From Botryllus schlosseri (taxonomy: Eukaryota): a stretch of DNA of 64,000 bases. The stretch spans positions 13,394,001 to 13,458,000 of the forward strand of contig CM119371.1 of NCBI GenBank assembly GCA_051294905.1, in the 5' to 3' direction. The number at the start of each line of letters is the position of its first letter. Position 1 is the first letter of the stretch. The notes beneath the pieces are model-generated. The model saw nothing but the letters and a program-made list of their open reading frames with translations, made no database searches and was not told where the DNA came from. This document shows positions 1 through 12,200 of the stretch, piece by piece. The position numbers and the translations under genes are program-made.

Positions 1-219
1 CATATCAGAAGTCGAGATGACGCCTTTCAATATCACATTCGAGTCATTTTCCAAAACTTTATTCTGATACAAAAGGGAAAAGTCGAATAGCTTAGTAAGT
101 TGGATACATTGAACGATTTGGTTGTGATGGAAAGGACAGACGATGCGGCGTATATGAGGCTTCATTTGAATGTTGTCTAATAAGGTATTTTAGCCATTTA
201 TGATTGTTGCTAATCTATA

Positions 220-252
220 TCAGCATCCAAAGGCAGAATTTCCGTGAGACAC
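220..252 (-). CDS. aGPCR probable last coding exon (VSHGNSAFGC*)
   Basis: ttcacag acceptor, phase 0 matching the previous exon, TGA at 220-222; short, so weakly supported. Confidence 0.45.
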   Translation of the reverse strand: MSHGNSAFGC

Positions 253-3200
253 CTGTGAAATGGCTCGATCGACAATTTACCTAATGTAGGAGCTGAGATT
301 CGGCTATCACTGTATCAACCCAATTCGCTTGTTTCTATAAATATCAAATCCAGTATTCAAATAAGAATTGACTGAACACTGCAAACACCCAGAAAGTATT
401 GGACCATAGGTAGGCGTGATTGACTTACTGTAACAGTCAGTGGGAAGACGCTTTGAGCAGTTCGTTCAGTTGCCACGAATTTCTCTTTGCATCGGCGACG
501 AATGTATGATGGGAACAATGGATTGCGCATAATGAATGACCGCAGTTCCTGCATTACCTTCTCAGTTCGGAAACAATGAAAGATGGAAAAGAAAACACCC
601 TAAAAGTTGGTAAAATTATATGTTGTAAGAGGCTAAATCGGCATAGTAGGAACATTGGATATGTATGTCTATGCACGCAAAGCAATTGCGAAAAGCTATA
701 ATAACGTTCCAAGAAAGCACACTTTGATCGAAGTTGTGCGTCTTGTTACTCAAGTAAACGTAGCATTTTATAAAGGTTGTGATCTGCATTTTAGCAACTG
801 ACGCAAGTAAAATGACCACAGACTACAAATATTGATGCAATGTTCGAAAATATATTCCGTTACCGTGATTTATCCACATTGTTTAGGTAATGTCTCACAT
901 AAATAATTAATGCAAACTAGTCAAAAACTACTTACAATACCCTAAACCAGTGCTTTCCAAACTTTTTCAGGCACGACCCCTTGATGATAGTGAAAAATTT
1001 CGCGCCTACTTTTCGTCATATCAAAAAATATAAAAAGAGCAACCAGAATGTTTGTAATAAAAACACTTTGTTTGTTAGCATGGACGGTTATCACTGTTGG
1101 TAGACCTCTCAAACATCAAATCTTAACTGTGAACAGAGCAATATTTATGGGTTGGAAGCAACTGGCACCGCGTGCAAAAATAATTTCAGTTCAACAGATT
1201 TTTCGAAAATAACCGCATGCACTCATTCAGCAGCGAATCCTAATTCAGAGACATCTTCCGATCGGAGCAAGGTCCGGTAGCAGTAACAATCTAGCATCGG
1301 AGTACTGATAGTACGACGCTAATATGACATTTTAAAATCGCAATATAATAATAATTGGGAATATTGCCGCTGTTAAAACTTGGATGTTTGAAGACAAATT
1401 AAACCCATTCCGAATTCATGAACGTCGTTTCTCTCGGAGGACTTCACCCGCTCCCCTCCAGTTTGAGAACCACTGCCCTAAATAATCCAAATTGTAAATG
1501 TTGTTTTGGTATTTACGGTATGTCTACGATGTTGGTTCATAACCTTGGTCAATATAATTTATTAGTTTTTTTTTATTTATACTTATCCTGATTCCAGATA
1601 TTCCGATTTGCACCGCCTAGCATTCACTTTTGTTTTTGTGCTAGGTTTTAAAAAGACACCAGCGACACGGCTCAGTACACTTGGGTATTTAAAACGTACG
1701 TATTTTTATTTCAAATACAGTCAAGTAAAAGGGAGTGCAAATTGGAAAAATATTGATATAGGTCAAACTTTACTTTACCTTTCTTTTACGAGTCATAATT
1801 TTGATAGAGTAGTGTTTAAGAAAAGACACAACTTACTTGCAACACATGGCAAATCGTAAATATGTAGGCCAAAACTGCAGAGCGTTGGTTCACAAAAAAT
1901 ATCCCGACAATCCAAGTTACACCCAGAAGACTGAGCAAAGCGGCCGAGGTTTTTATCCACTTTCTAAAAACATTGTTCGCATTTACAGATCAGTAGGCCT
2001 ACTGCTACTGCAGGACGTGCTATCAGCAGCCGTACTTTATGCCGTCTTGCCGGGAACCACCACGAGTAATATGCTTGTTGACCACAGTCATCGCGTGAAT
2101 GAGGAAGAATATATTCATGATTGTAACTAATAACACAGGTCCGGTAAAAGCCCATATTGTATTGTCTTGGGTATTCAACCAACAGCTGCAAGTGAAAGTG
2201 AAAATCATTAATTTGCGCCTGTAATGTTGGTCGGTTGGCATTTAAATTTGATGCCGATATGTAGGTGATATTAATTGACTGATCCACGGTTTTTAACCAT
2301 CTTCCTTGTTCAATGGTAATGTACCAAATTGTAGGATGAAAAAGCACGTTTCACCTACCAGCTATGTGGTTCGTCATGTCCAAATATTGTCGCCGTTGGT
2401 TTACTGTAATGTGCGGCTCAGACTCTACAGAATCTTGTCGTTTTAAAACTCAAGCATTGAAGAGGACAACTAAATACGCATACAAATTACCACAAAGAAA
2501 ACACAGGTTACCGTTAGAGCAGGCCTGGGCAAAGTGCGGCCCGCCGAGCGATTCTGTGCGGCCCGCGAAAGGCTGTTTGAAATTTAAAATATAAAATCTA
2601 CTTTTTAATGTGGCTGCGTGGACTAATACCATACGATGTATAAACTGGACCGGAAATTCGTTTACTATCAAGCCTGCTCATAAACATACCGTGATTACGC
2701 AGCCTATAGCCTACGTACCTCACATGCCTAATCCAGATTAAAACTTAAGTCGATGTAGCAAGTTATGCCGCTAGAATTAAAGTCACAAGAAGTCACCAAA
2801 CCTTCTTTGGTGCCATTATCACATTATGCATTACACGGTCTGTGTTTCAAATTGCTACGTGATGTGTTTCCAAATCCATAATTCACGAAACAAGTGAATT
2901 ATTGCCCACGATTTCTATGAATAGCCTATATCACCACCCATAAAGGATGTCAAAAAAAAGCCGAAAGTTGAAATTCAAAGATCGTTAATAACTAGAACCT
3001 TCACTTATCAACAAGGCCATTTCGGCAAGCTGCACGCTGCTCAGAAATCAGATACCAAGACAATAAGCTATATATTATCCTTAGGACCGTAACTCCCGCA
3101 CCTCAAACCCCCCAATTGTGTGGCGAGCTGTACGCAAGTGCAGCTGGAGGGTACGAACCGATAGATAGATCTTGCGATCTCGCTATCAAGCTAAGACCGA

Positions 3201-6200
3201 CCACTACAAGGAAAGACTTATGGGATTTATTCGATATTGTTGGGATTACCAAGGACGATTTGGATGGGATTATACAGTTCCCTAGCGGACAAACGGATAT
3301 ATCATTCTGTAACAGAAGACTGGCGATCAACGCCGACAGGGAAATAGTTGAACTAAAGAAGAAAGGGCAGAGTTTCCCGGCGCATTGGTTACATGTCCCG
3401 GAGAACGTTGCGATATACCTGAGCTGGGTCCCAATGGGGCTAAAAGATGAAAGGATAGTGGCATATTTCGAGAGAAATCATGGCCCTATCATTAACATCC
3501 ACCACCAAAGGGATGATAAGGGCTTAAGAACGGGAGTCCGAAGCTTGCTAGTCGGCAGGATGAGCCTGGAAAACAGGCCCATCAAAAGCTACATACGAAT
3601 AGACGGGGCCGAGATCTCAGTGAGACACCGAGGCCAGGAAGCCACATGCCGATACTGTGGGGAGCCAGGCCACATAGTTAGGTTTTGCAAATCCAAACCT
3701 AAGAAGAACCCAACTGCACCGAAGGCGAGACGCCCCCCCCTCCCCTTAGAAAATATGGAAACGACAGAAACCATGGAAAGGGAAGTGGAAAAAAACCCAG
3801 AAGCCACTGTACCGAAGGCGGCTAGCATAAACTCGGCCCAAACGGAAGAAGACCCCACTAACAGCGGGGGAGAGGGGAACACCCCGGAAGGTAAAACGAC
3901 TACCGAAGGCGGCGACAAGAGCGAAGCGAGCGCTCAGAAAATAACAGAAAAAGTAGAAGAAAAACACGTAGACGGGCAGGATGATATCCCTGAACAGATG
4001 GCAAGAAAGATAGAAGAAGCTGCCAGAAGGCACCTCGCAGCAAGATTAACCGCCAAAACCATGGAAAATGTCTTTACAAACTCAGGCACTTCCGAGGAAG
4101 AGGAAGAAAGCCTAGGCAATGATAAGCCAGTCGACTGGTTCACAATATCCTCCCCTGAAGAAAAATCACAGCTGGAAGGCACCCCTAACAAGGGAAAAAG
4201 AGCTCGGGGATGCGTAAGCCCCGGACTGGAAGTCGCGCCTGCGAGAAAGACTCTGAGCCTCTCTAAGGACGGGGTAGAAATGACACAATGCCACAAATGC
4301 GGAAAACCCATTGCCTTCACCAACCAAGGAGATATGAGCAGATGTCTTTACTGCAAAACTGACCATTTTACTGCCAGGGTCTGCTGCAATGAGGATGACA
4401 TATGTGCCATAATGGACGAATTCAGGAAAACCAACGGCCGAACGATCTGCCCCTCCTGTGGGAATATATGCGGCATCGCGAAATGCTGCTCCAACCTAGT
4501 AAAGGACGAAAATGGCATACTCCCAGCCCCATGCTGGAGATGTGAAAAAAAAGACTAGAAACCAGAAATGATCCTCTCAAAAGCATCAATGGCGGGCGAC
4601 AACATAATCAAGGTACTCACGATAAATGCAAATGGATTGCAAGAAGAGAATAAGAGGAAACTACTCTTTAGTTTCATCAAAAACACTGGTGCGGACGTAG
4701 CATTAATTCAAGAAACACACTCAACATTAGAAGCTGAACAAACCTGGAGCCACGAATGGAAAGGCCAATCCTGCTGGAATTCAGGAAACCACCAAAATGC
4801 AGGAACAGCAATACTGATCATCCACAAAAGAACGTCATGTAAAATTACGAAACACGAGAAAGATCCCGACGGAAGAATACTCAAGGTCGGTATGCATTTT
4901 GGTAATAATTACCTAGAAATCAGCAACTATTACGGCGCGAATAGATATAACCAAAAGAAAAAACAAATGCGGCTTTTGGCGGCGCGAACGTCTAGAACAA
5001 GCCCCCAGATAATAGGGGGGGATTTCAATGCTATTGAAGACCATGAAATCGATAGGGAACCGATAAACCCGAGGGAGAGAGAACTCTCGCGATACCTGAG
5101 AGCAGTGACACAAACAATGGGGGTTAAGGATACATTTAGGGAGGCAAATGGGGCCAAAAAAGAGTTCACCCATTTCTACAGCGGAGGCAAATCGAGGCTA
5201 GACAGGATATACGTATCTGACCGACTTAAAACAATTGACTGTAAACACGTCCCATGCGCAATATCGGACCACGACGCGGTCTTAGCGACGATCCGCTTAA
5301 ACAAGCAAACGAGGAATGTAGAGACAATATGGAAAAACAATGTCCGTACCTACTACAGGGAGGACTTCCAGGAAGAACTGGAAAACAAATGGAAAAAGTG
5401 GGAAACACTATACCCACTCATCTACCAGAACAGGGTAGAATGGTGGGAATCAATCAAACACAGAATAAAAAAACTCGCAAAAAAATACACAAAAAAAGCC
5501 TCGAGCGAGAAGAGAAGGGAAATAAAAAGACAAGAGCAAATCCTACAAAAAGCGAGAACGGACGTGACTCTACACAACCTTCCCAACACAACATATCAAC
5601 AGATAAAGAAAACCGTCTGGAGGTTAAAAGCAGAGGAGCTGCAAAAGTTAAAAAAAGAAGCAAAAATTGAGGAGGAAACGCTTCTGGACAACAACCCATA
5701 CATGCTATGCAAAAAAATCAAAAAAAGAAGAGAGATGGCCACTATACACCAACTAAAGGCCCCGACAGGCATAACCACCTCAAACGAGGGGGAGATCACT
5801 CAAATAGCCACGAGCTACTACGAAGGTCTATACGCCACAAGGCCAATCAACAGAGACGTGGCAGAACATTTCCTGAGCTATCAGGAGGGTACGCTGACCA
5901 CAAAACAAAGTAAAGCAATAGATGGCAAAATACAAAAGGACGAGCTGAAAAGGGCCATATTACAACAAAAGAAAAACAAAACTCCAGGAGAGGATGGGCT
6001 AAGCTCTGAGCTCTACCTCCTGAACATGGACACATTCGTGAACAGTCTTCTGGAGGTATACAACGAAATCTTTACAGAAAATAACATCTCAGAGAACCTC
6101 GCAAGAGGAATCTTGAAGATAATATATAAGAAAGGGGACAAAGAAGATATCAAAAACTATAGGCCCATTAGCCTTCTCAATGTGGACTACAAAATCTTGT

Positions 6201-9200
6201 CCACCATCCTTACGAACAGAATAAAAAAGGTCCTCCCTGACATAACACACAAGCATCAACATGTCAACCCACCTAACAATATAGGACAGATAAACCTCCT
6301 GCTAAGGGAGATCTCGGCTCAAATGAGAAGTATAAAAAAAGGAGCAATCGTCTCTACCGACTTTGAAAAGGCATACGATTCCATAGATCACAGCTTCCTG
6401 CAACTGGTGCTCGAAAACTCAGGCTTTGGGAAAAACTTTCGAAATTTTTTCAAAGAAATATACCACCACGGAAAAGCTCATATCTCGATAGGAGGGAGGC
6501 TAGGAAATAGCATAAAGCTCGGCAGAGGAATCAAACAGGGGGATCCCATCTCCATGTTTCTTTTCACCATGGCAATCGACCCCCTCCTCAAAAAACTCAA
6601 CCATGAGCTGGATGGTTTCAAAATCCCAGGCATGAAAGAACTTATCGTCACGCCTTCGTACGCTGACGACGTCAACTTAACACTTGCACATCGGGCTGAC
6701 GTAAACGAAGCCCTGGATATAATACAAGATTTTGAAAAAGCCAGCTCCCTCAAACTCAACAACAAAAAGACCAAGGGTGTTAACTACCACCAAGAAACAC
6801 CACAAGCCATTAACACAGGACTCAAATGGGTGGAAAGAATGGAAGTCCTAGGACACGCCATACACAAGGGCCAACCAAACCCCCATAAGACATGGGATGA
6901 ACTCATGGCCAAAGCCAAGAATCTATTGGACGAAATAAAAAACCTAAAATTAGGACGGTGGAGGAGGCAAACCCTCATCACTACAAACATACTACCTATT
7001 TTCACATACGCAGCAGCCCTGACGAGAATGCCAAAAAGCACAAAGAGAGAACTGAAAAATGCCATCATAGACCTCCTATTCGGAAAAACAGCGAAACCGG
7101 AGTATGAAAAAATCATACAAAGAAAGGAATCGGGGGGCAGAGGGCTCTTGGACATCCCTACGATAACCGATACGATCTATATTAAGCCGGCAATTCAATA
7201 CCTGCGGAGCCTCGAGGAAAGAAACACCACGGACTGGAACGCGAGGCTGGAGCACCAACTCGCCTTAACGCTAAAATGGCTCACAGGCACCCCAATAGAC
7301 AATTCGAGACCCCACGCCTTACAACCGCTTGCTCATTGGGCCGAAGTTAACAAAACCATGAAGGAGCTGAAATTCGGAAAGGAGTACATCAGAAATGGGA
7401 AAAACAGGAAAATGTACGAAGAGTCCATAAGAAGAAACAACGCGAGAGCACTGAGTGAAATGGAGGGGCCTAAGTGGACTAACATACAGCACGTAGCCCT
7501 TACACATGACCAGAGAGATTTCAACTGGACAATCACGAGCGGTCTGCTACAGACGAACGTAAGTCTCCATGCAAGAGCCCTCAGCGACTCAAGAGAGTGT
7601 CTCCTATGCGGTAACTACCTGGAAACAATAATCCACGTCTTCATCCAATGCGAAATCACAACTGAACCCCGGGAAATCATCATGGAGGCTTGGGGGAAAG
7701 CGACGGGGAAATCAATCTCAACCAACAACATGCAAACAGTGATCAATATGGATCCAACCGAAGCCCTAACCGAGGAACAGGAGGCATCACTCGTGGTGCT
7801 CCTGACCTCGTACAAACAAGCCGTGTGGAGAGCTAGGAACAGAATTAAGTACGAAAAGAAGACAACCGGGAAAGTATGGATAATGAACTCAATAAAGCAG
7901 AGGCTCAGAACAAGGAGAAAACCTCAGGAAGAAGGGGAAACAGAAAAAATATTGGGGAAGGTCCAGGAAGATCTTTCTGGACCTCCCCGGGTGGCAACGA
8001 ACTGAAAAGAGCGCGTAAAAAGGCTACATGCAAGAGACCCTAGCTAACGCCATGTTTATCCTAGGGGATAATACATGCCGCGAGCGAAGGCCTAAAACAT
8101 CCAATGTTGAACGTTCCAAGAAAGCACACTTTGATCGAAGTTGTGCGTCTTGTTACTCAAGTAAACGTAGCATTTTATAAAGATTGTGATCTGCATTTTA
8201 GCAACTGACGCAGGTAAAATGACCACAGACTCTACAAATATTGATGCAATGTTCGAAAATATATTCCGTTACCGTGATTTATCCACATTGTTTAGGTAAT
8301 GTCTCATATAAATAATTAATGCAAACTAGTCAAAAACTACTTACAATACACTAAACCAGTGCTCTCCAAACTTTTTCAGGCACGACCCCTTGATAATAGT
8401 GAAAAATTTCGAGCCTACTTTTCGTCATATCAAAAAATTTAAAAAGAGCAACCAGAATGTTTGTAATAAAAACACTTTGTTTGTTAGCATGGACGGTTAT
8501 CACTATTGGTAGACCTCTCAAATATCAAATCTTAACTGTGAGCAGAGCAATATTTATGGGTTGGAAGCAACTCGCACCGCGTGCAAAAATAATTTCAGTT
8601 GAACATATTTTTCGAAAATAACCGCATGCACTCATTCAGCAGCGAATCCTAATTCAGAGACATCTTCCGATCGGAGCAAGGTCCGGTAAGAGTAACAATC
8701 TAGCATGGGAGTATGGATAGTACGACGCTAATATGACATTTAAAAATCACAATGTAATTATAATTGGGAATAATGCCGCTGTTAAAACTTGGATGTTTGA
8801 AGACAAATTAAACTCATTCCGAATTCATGAACGTCGTTTCTCTCGGAGGACTTCACCCCCTCCGATCCAGTTTGAGAACCACTGCCCTAAATAATCCAAA
8901 TTGTAAATGTTGTTTTGGTATTTATGGTATGTCTACGATGTTGGTTCATAACCTTGGTCAATATACTTTATTAGTTTTTTTTATTTATACTTATCGTTAT
9001 TCCAGATATTCCGATTTGCACCGCCTAGCATTCACTTTTGTTTTTGTGCTAGGTTTTAAAAAGACACTAGCGACACGGCTCACTTGGGTATTTAAAACGT
9101 ACGTATTTTTATTTCAAATACAGTCAAGTAAAAGGGAGTGCAGTTTGGAAAAATATTGGTATAGGTCAAACTTTACTTCCCCTTTCTTTTACGAGTCATT

Positions 9201-12200
9201 ATTTTGATAGAGTAGTGTTTAGGAAAAGACACAACTTACTTGCAACACATGGCAAATCGTAAATATGTAGGCCAAAACTGCAGAGCGTTGGTTCACAAAA
9301 AATATCCCGACAATCCAAGTTACACCCAGAAGACTGAGCAAAGCGGCCGAGGTTTTTATCCACTTTCTAAAAACATTGTTCGCATGTACAGATCAGTAGG
9401 CCTACTGCTACTGCAGGACGTGCTATCAGCAGCCGTACTTTATGCCGTCTTGTCGGGAACCACCACGAGTAATATGCTTGTTGACCACAGTCATCGCGTG
9501 AATGAGGAAGCATATATTCATGATTGTAACTAATATCACAGGTCCGGTAAAAGCCCATATTGTATTGTCTTGGGTATTCAACCAACAGCTGCAAGTGAAA
9601 GTGAAAATCATTAATTTGCGCCTGTAATGTTGGTCAGTTGGCATTTAAATTTGATGCCGATATGTAGGTGATATTAATTGACTGATCCACGGTTTTTAAC
9701 CATCTTCCTTGTTCAATGGTAATGTTATGTGCGGCTCAGGCTCTACAGAATCTTGTCGTTTTAAATTTCAAGCATTGAAGAGGACAACTAAATACGCATG
9801 CAAATTACCACAAAGAAAACACAGGTTAGCGTTAGAACAGGCCTGGGCAAAGTGCGGCCCGCCGAGCGATTCTGTGCGGCCCGCGAAAGGCTGTTTGAAA
9901 TTTAAAATATAAAACCTACTTTTTAATGTGGCTTCGTGGACTAATACCATACGATGTATAAACTGGACCGGAAATTCGTTTACTATCAAGCCTGCTCATT
10001 AACATACCGTGATTACGCAGCCTATAGCCTACCTACCAGGGCTTTGGAGCCGGAGCCCGGAGCCGGAGCCCCGGAGCCGTGCATTTTCACCGGAGCTGGA
10101 GCCGGAGCTCTACATAAAATTTAGCCGGAGCCGGAGCCGGAGCTGGAGCCCGTTATTTGAGGAGTAGCTCCGGCTCCGACCTATTTCATAAGATGCTATT
10201 ATATATGCAACAACCACATCTGCTGATTTATCATAATTGAACACCAGGCCTGAATTTTAATTCTGTGCAGAGCAATGGCATGGAGTAAATTGCGTTCTAG
10301 TGCAACTATGATGTTGTCGACAATTGACAAGTATTCAGTATGAAGTCACAAGCCGGCACGGCAGCACCTATATGTCTTTGTTGCTACATCGGATGTTACT
10401 GACGGCTGACGGACTCTAGATTACTATAGATAACTAGCCTATTAGTAGATTAGTAATCTATATAGACCAGGAATGGCCAACCTTTTCGGCTAAAGGGGCT
10501 CATGCAATTGACGAACGAGTGCGCGGTCCACTAGCCACGCCAAGCGGGTAAAATTTTCCAAGTTTATAAATAAACTAGGTGAGTATTGCGGGTCTATTGT
10601 ATACCACCCGCTAGGCTCAGTTTGCAAGAACACGACTATTCGGCGTCTGGACACATCGATATCGAAGGTCTCCGATAATATGCTACAATCATTTTGTGCC
10701 TACATTTCACCGTCGACGATTTTATGCGAGCGTAAACGCGAAAATACTTTTTTCCGTAATTGCGAATACAGTTAGACTCAATCGTGTAAATTAGGCGTTT
10801 TTTTCATTTTCAGTAGGGGGTAGGCTACCAAGCAAGAAATCGTGTGACAATTAAATACGCGTGTAGCGTGAAGAAAAATTTCGCTACTATTTTAGTTTAT
10901 TGTAATGTACGACGATTTACTGAAAATATGACTGGACCCGGGATCTGCCAATGCGTCGGAACTAATATTTTAGTCATCAACATCCCAAGTGTCGCAGCCA
11001 GAATTGTAATTTTTGGTTGGCATTGCAAGTTCACAATCTGAGTAATTCATTTTCGAGAATATAATAGGACATTACCTCGCGGGTCACGCAAAACCCTCTC
11101 GCGGGCCACATTTGCGGGCCACCCCTGATATAGACAGGACCATTCGATAATTTCAGAGCCGGAGCCGGAGCTGGAGCCGGAGCAGTGGTTATAATGCGGC
11201 TCCGGAGCTGGAGCCGGAGCTAATGTATGATAGGAGAGAGCTCCGGAGCCGGAGCTGGAGCAGTTTAAATTTACGGCTGCTCCAAAGCCCTGCTACCTAC
11301 CTCACATGCCTAATCCAGATTAAAACTTAAGTCGATGTAGCAAGTTATGCCGCTAGAATTAAAGTCACAAGAAGTCACCAAACCTTCTTTGGTGCCATTA
11401 TCACATTATGCATTACCAGAGGTCTCAAACACGCGGCCCGCGGGCCGCATGCGGCCCGCCAGAGCATTTTGTGCGGCCCGCGACGACATTTTTGATTTTT
11501 ATTAATTTGACAATCTATAAGTGTCACATATATCTTTTCAGGTTATAAAGTGTAAATTCCCTTTAAAATTGCTCTGAAGGCCTGAAACTATTCATCAAAC
11601 TTCACTATCGCATCAATTGCAAACGTTACCATTAGGGTTGTCTATAATTTGGAAAATCTCAAAATTTATGCGTATCCATGTCTCATTTTATAGATTATAG
11701 ATAAAAAACGTCAATGAACCTGCAATAAGGTCACAGGAAAGTCGTTAACATTTGTCTAAATGCTTTTGAAAGTAGCTGCCGTAGAGTGGGCGTGTCAGCG
11801 ACCATAGACCGGCAAGCACACTAGTAATCACGAAATCACGGCGCTTGATTGGCTAATCTGCTATGCTTTAATGATCACGACGGTGGCGGCTTGCTGATCA
11901 GCTGGTCAAGGAGTCGGCTAACGGCGGTGATTCTGTAAGCGCATTGTAGGTTGGTCCGCAGATAATGATTCAAGATTAATTCAGAACATGTTGAGTGACG
12001 AAATACATGATGAACAAAGAACAGCTGCTTCACAAAAACTTTAAATACATGACTTGATGGCTTATTGTGAAGGCAACCGTTGTAGCCTGTATGCCTTGTT
12101 TTCATCGAGGGAAAGCAAAAAAACATGAGAAGAAATATTGCAAAGGCGCTTATGCAAGTGGCGAACGAACTTCTAGTTTCAGAGGGGATGTTCCATGATT

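Larger units (their letters stand above)
703..3129 (+). repeat. Segmental duplication copy 1 (about 2.4 kb), left of the LINE
   Basis: aacgttccaagaaagc at 703 = 8110; homology ends at gtggcgagct 3129 = 14510. Confidence 0.95.
3130..8109 (+). mobile_element. Non-LTR retrotransposon, L1/Tx1 clade, 5'-truncated, no visible 3' tail
   Basis: ORF1 with CCHC knuckle plus ORF2 APE-RT-zinc finger, A-rich sense strand; boundaries set by the flanking duplication. Confidence 0.93.

Noticed and set aside
1837..2130. Plus-strand 97-aa ORF (and 9240-9533), plus the many short antisense ORFs over LINE and PLE ORFs
   Set aside because: Shadow frames of real minus-strand exons or of transposon ORFs; no motif support
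3116..3129. ORF1 start MCGEL from the ORF track
   Set aside because: TTG start lies in the duplicated flank (also at ~14497-14510), not in the LINE
8006..8109. HDV-like, twister or hammerhead ribozyme in the LINE 3'UTR
   Set aside because: Only a simple hairpin; I could not find the catalytic core consensus
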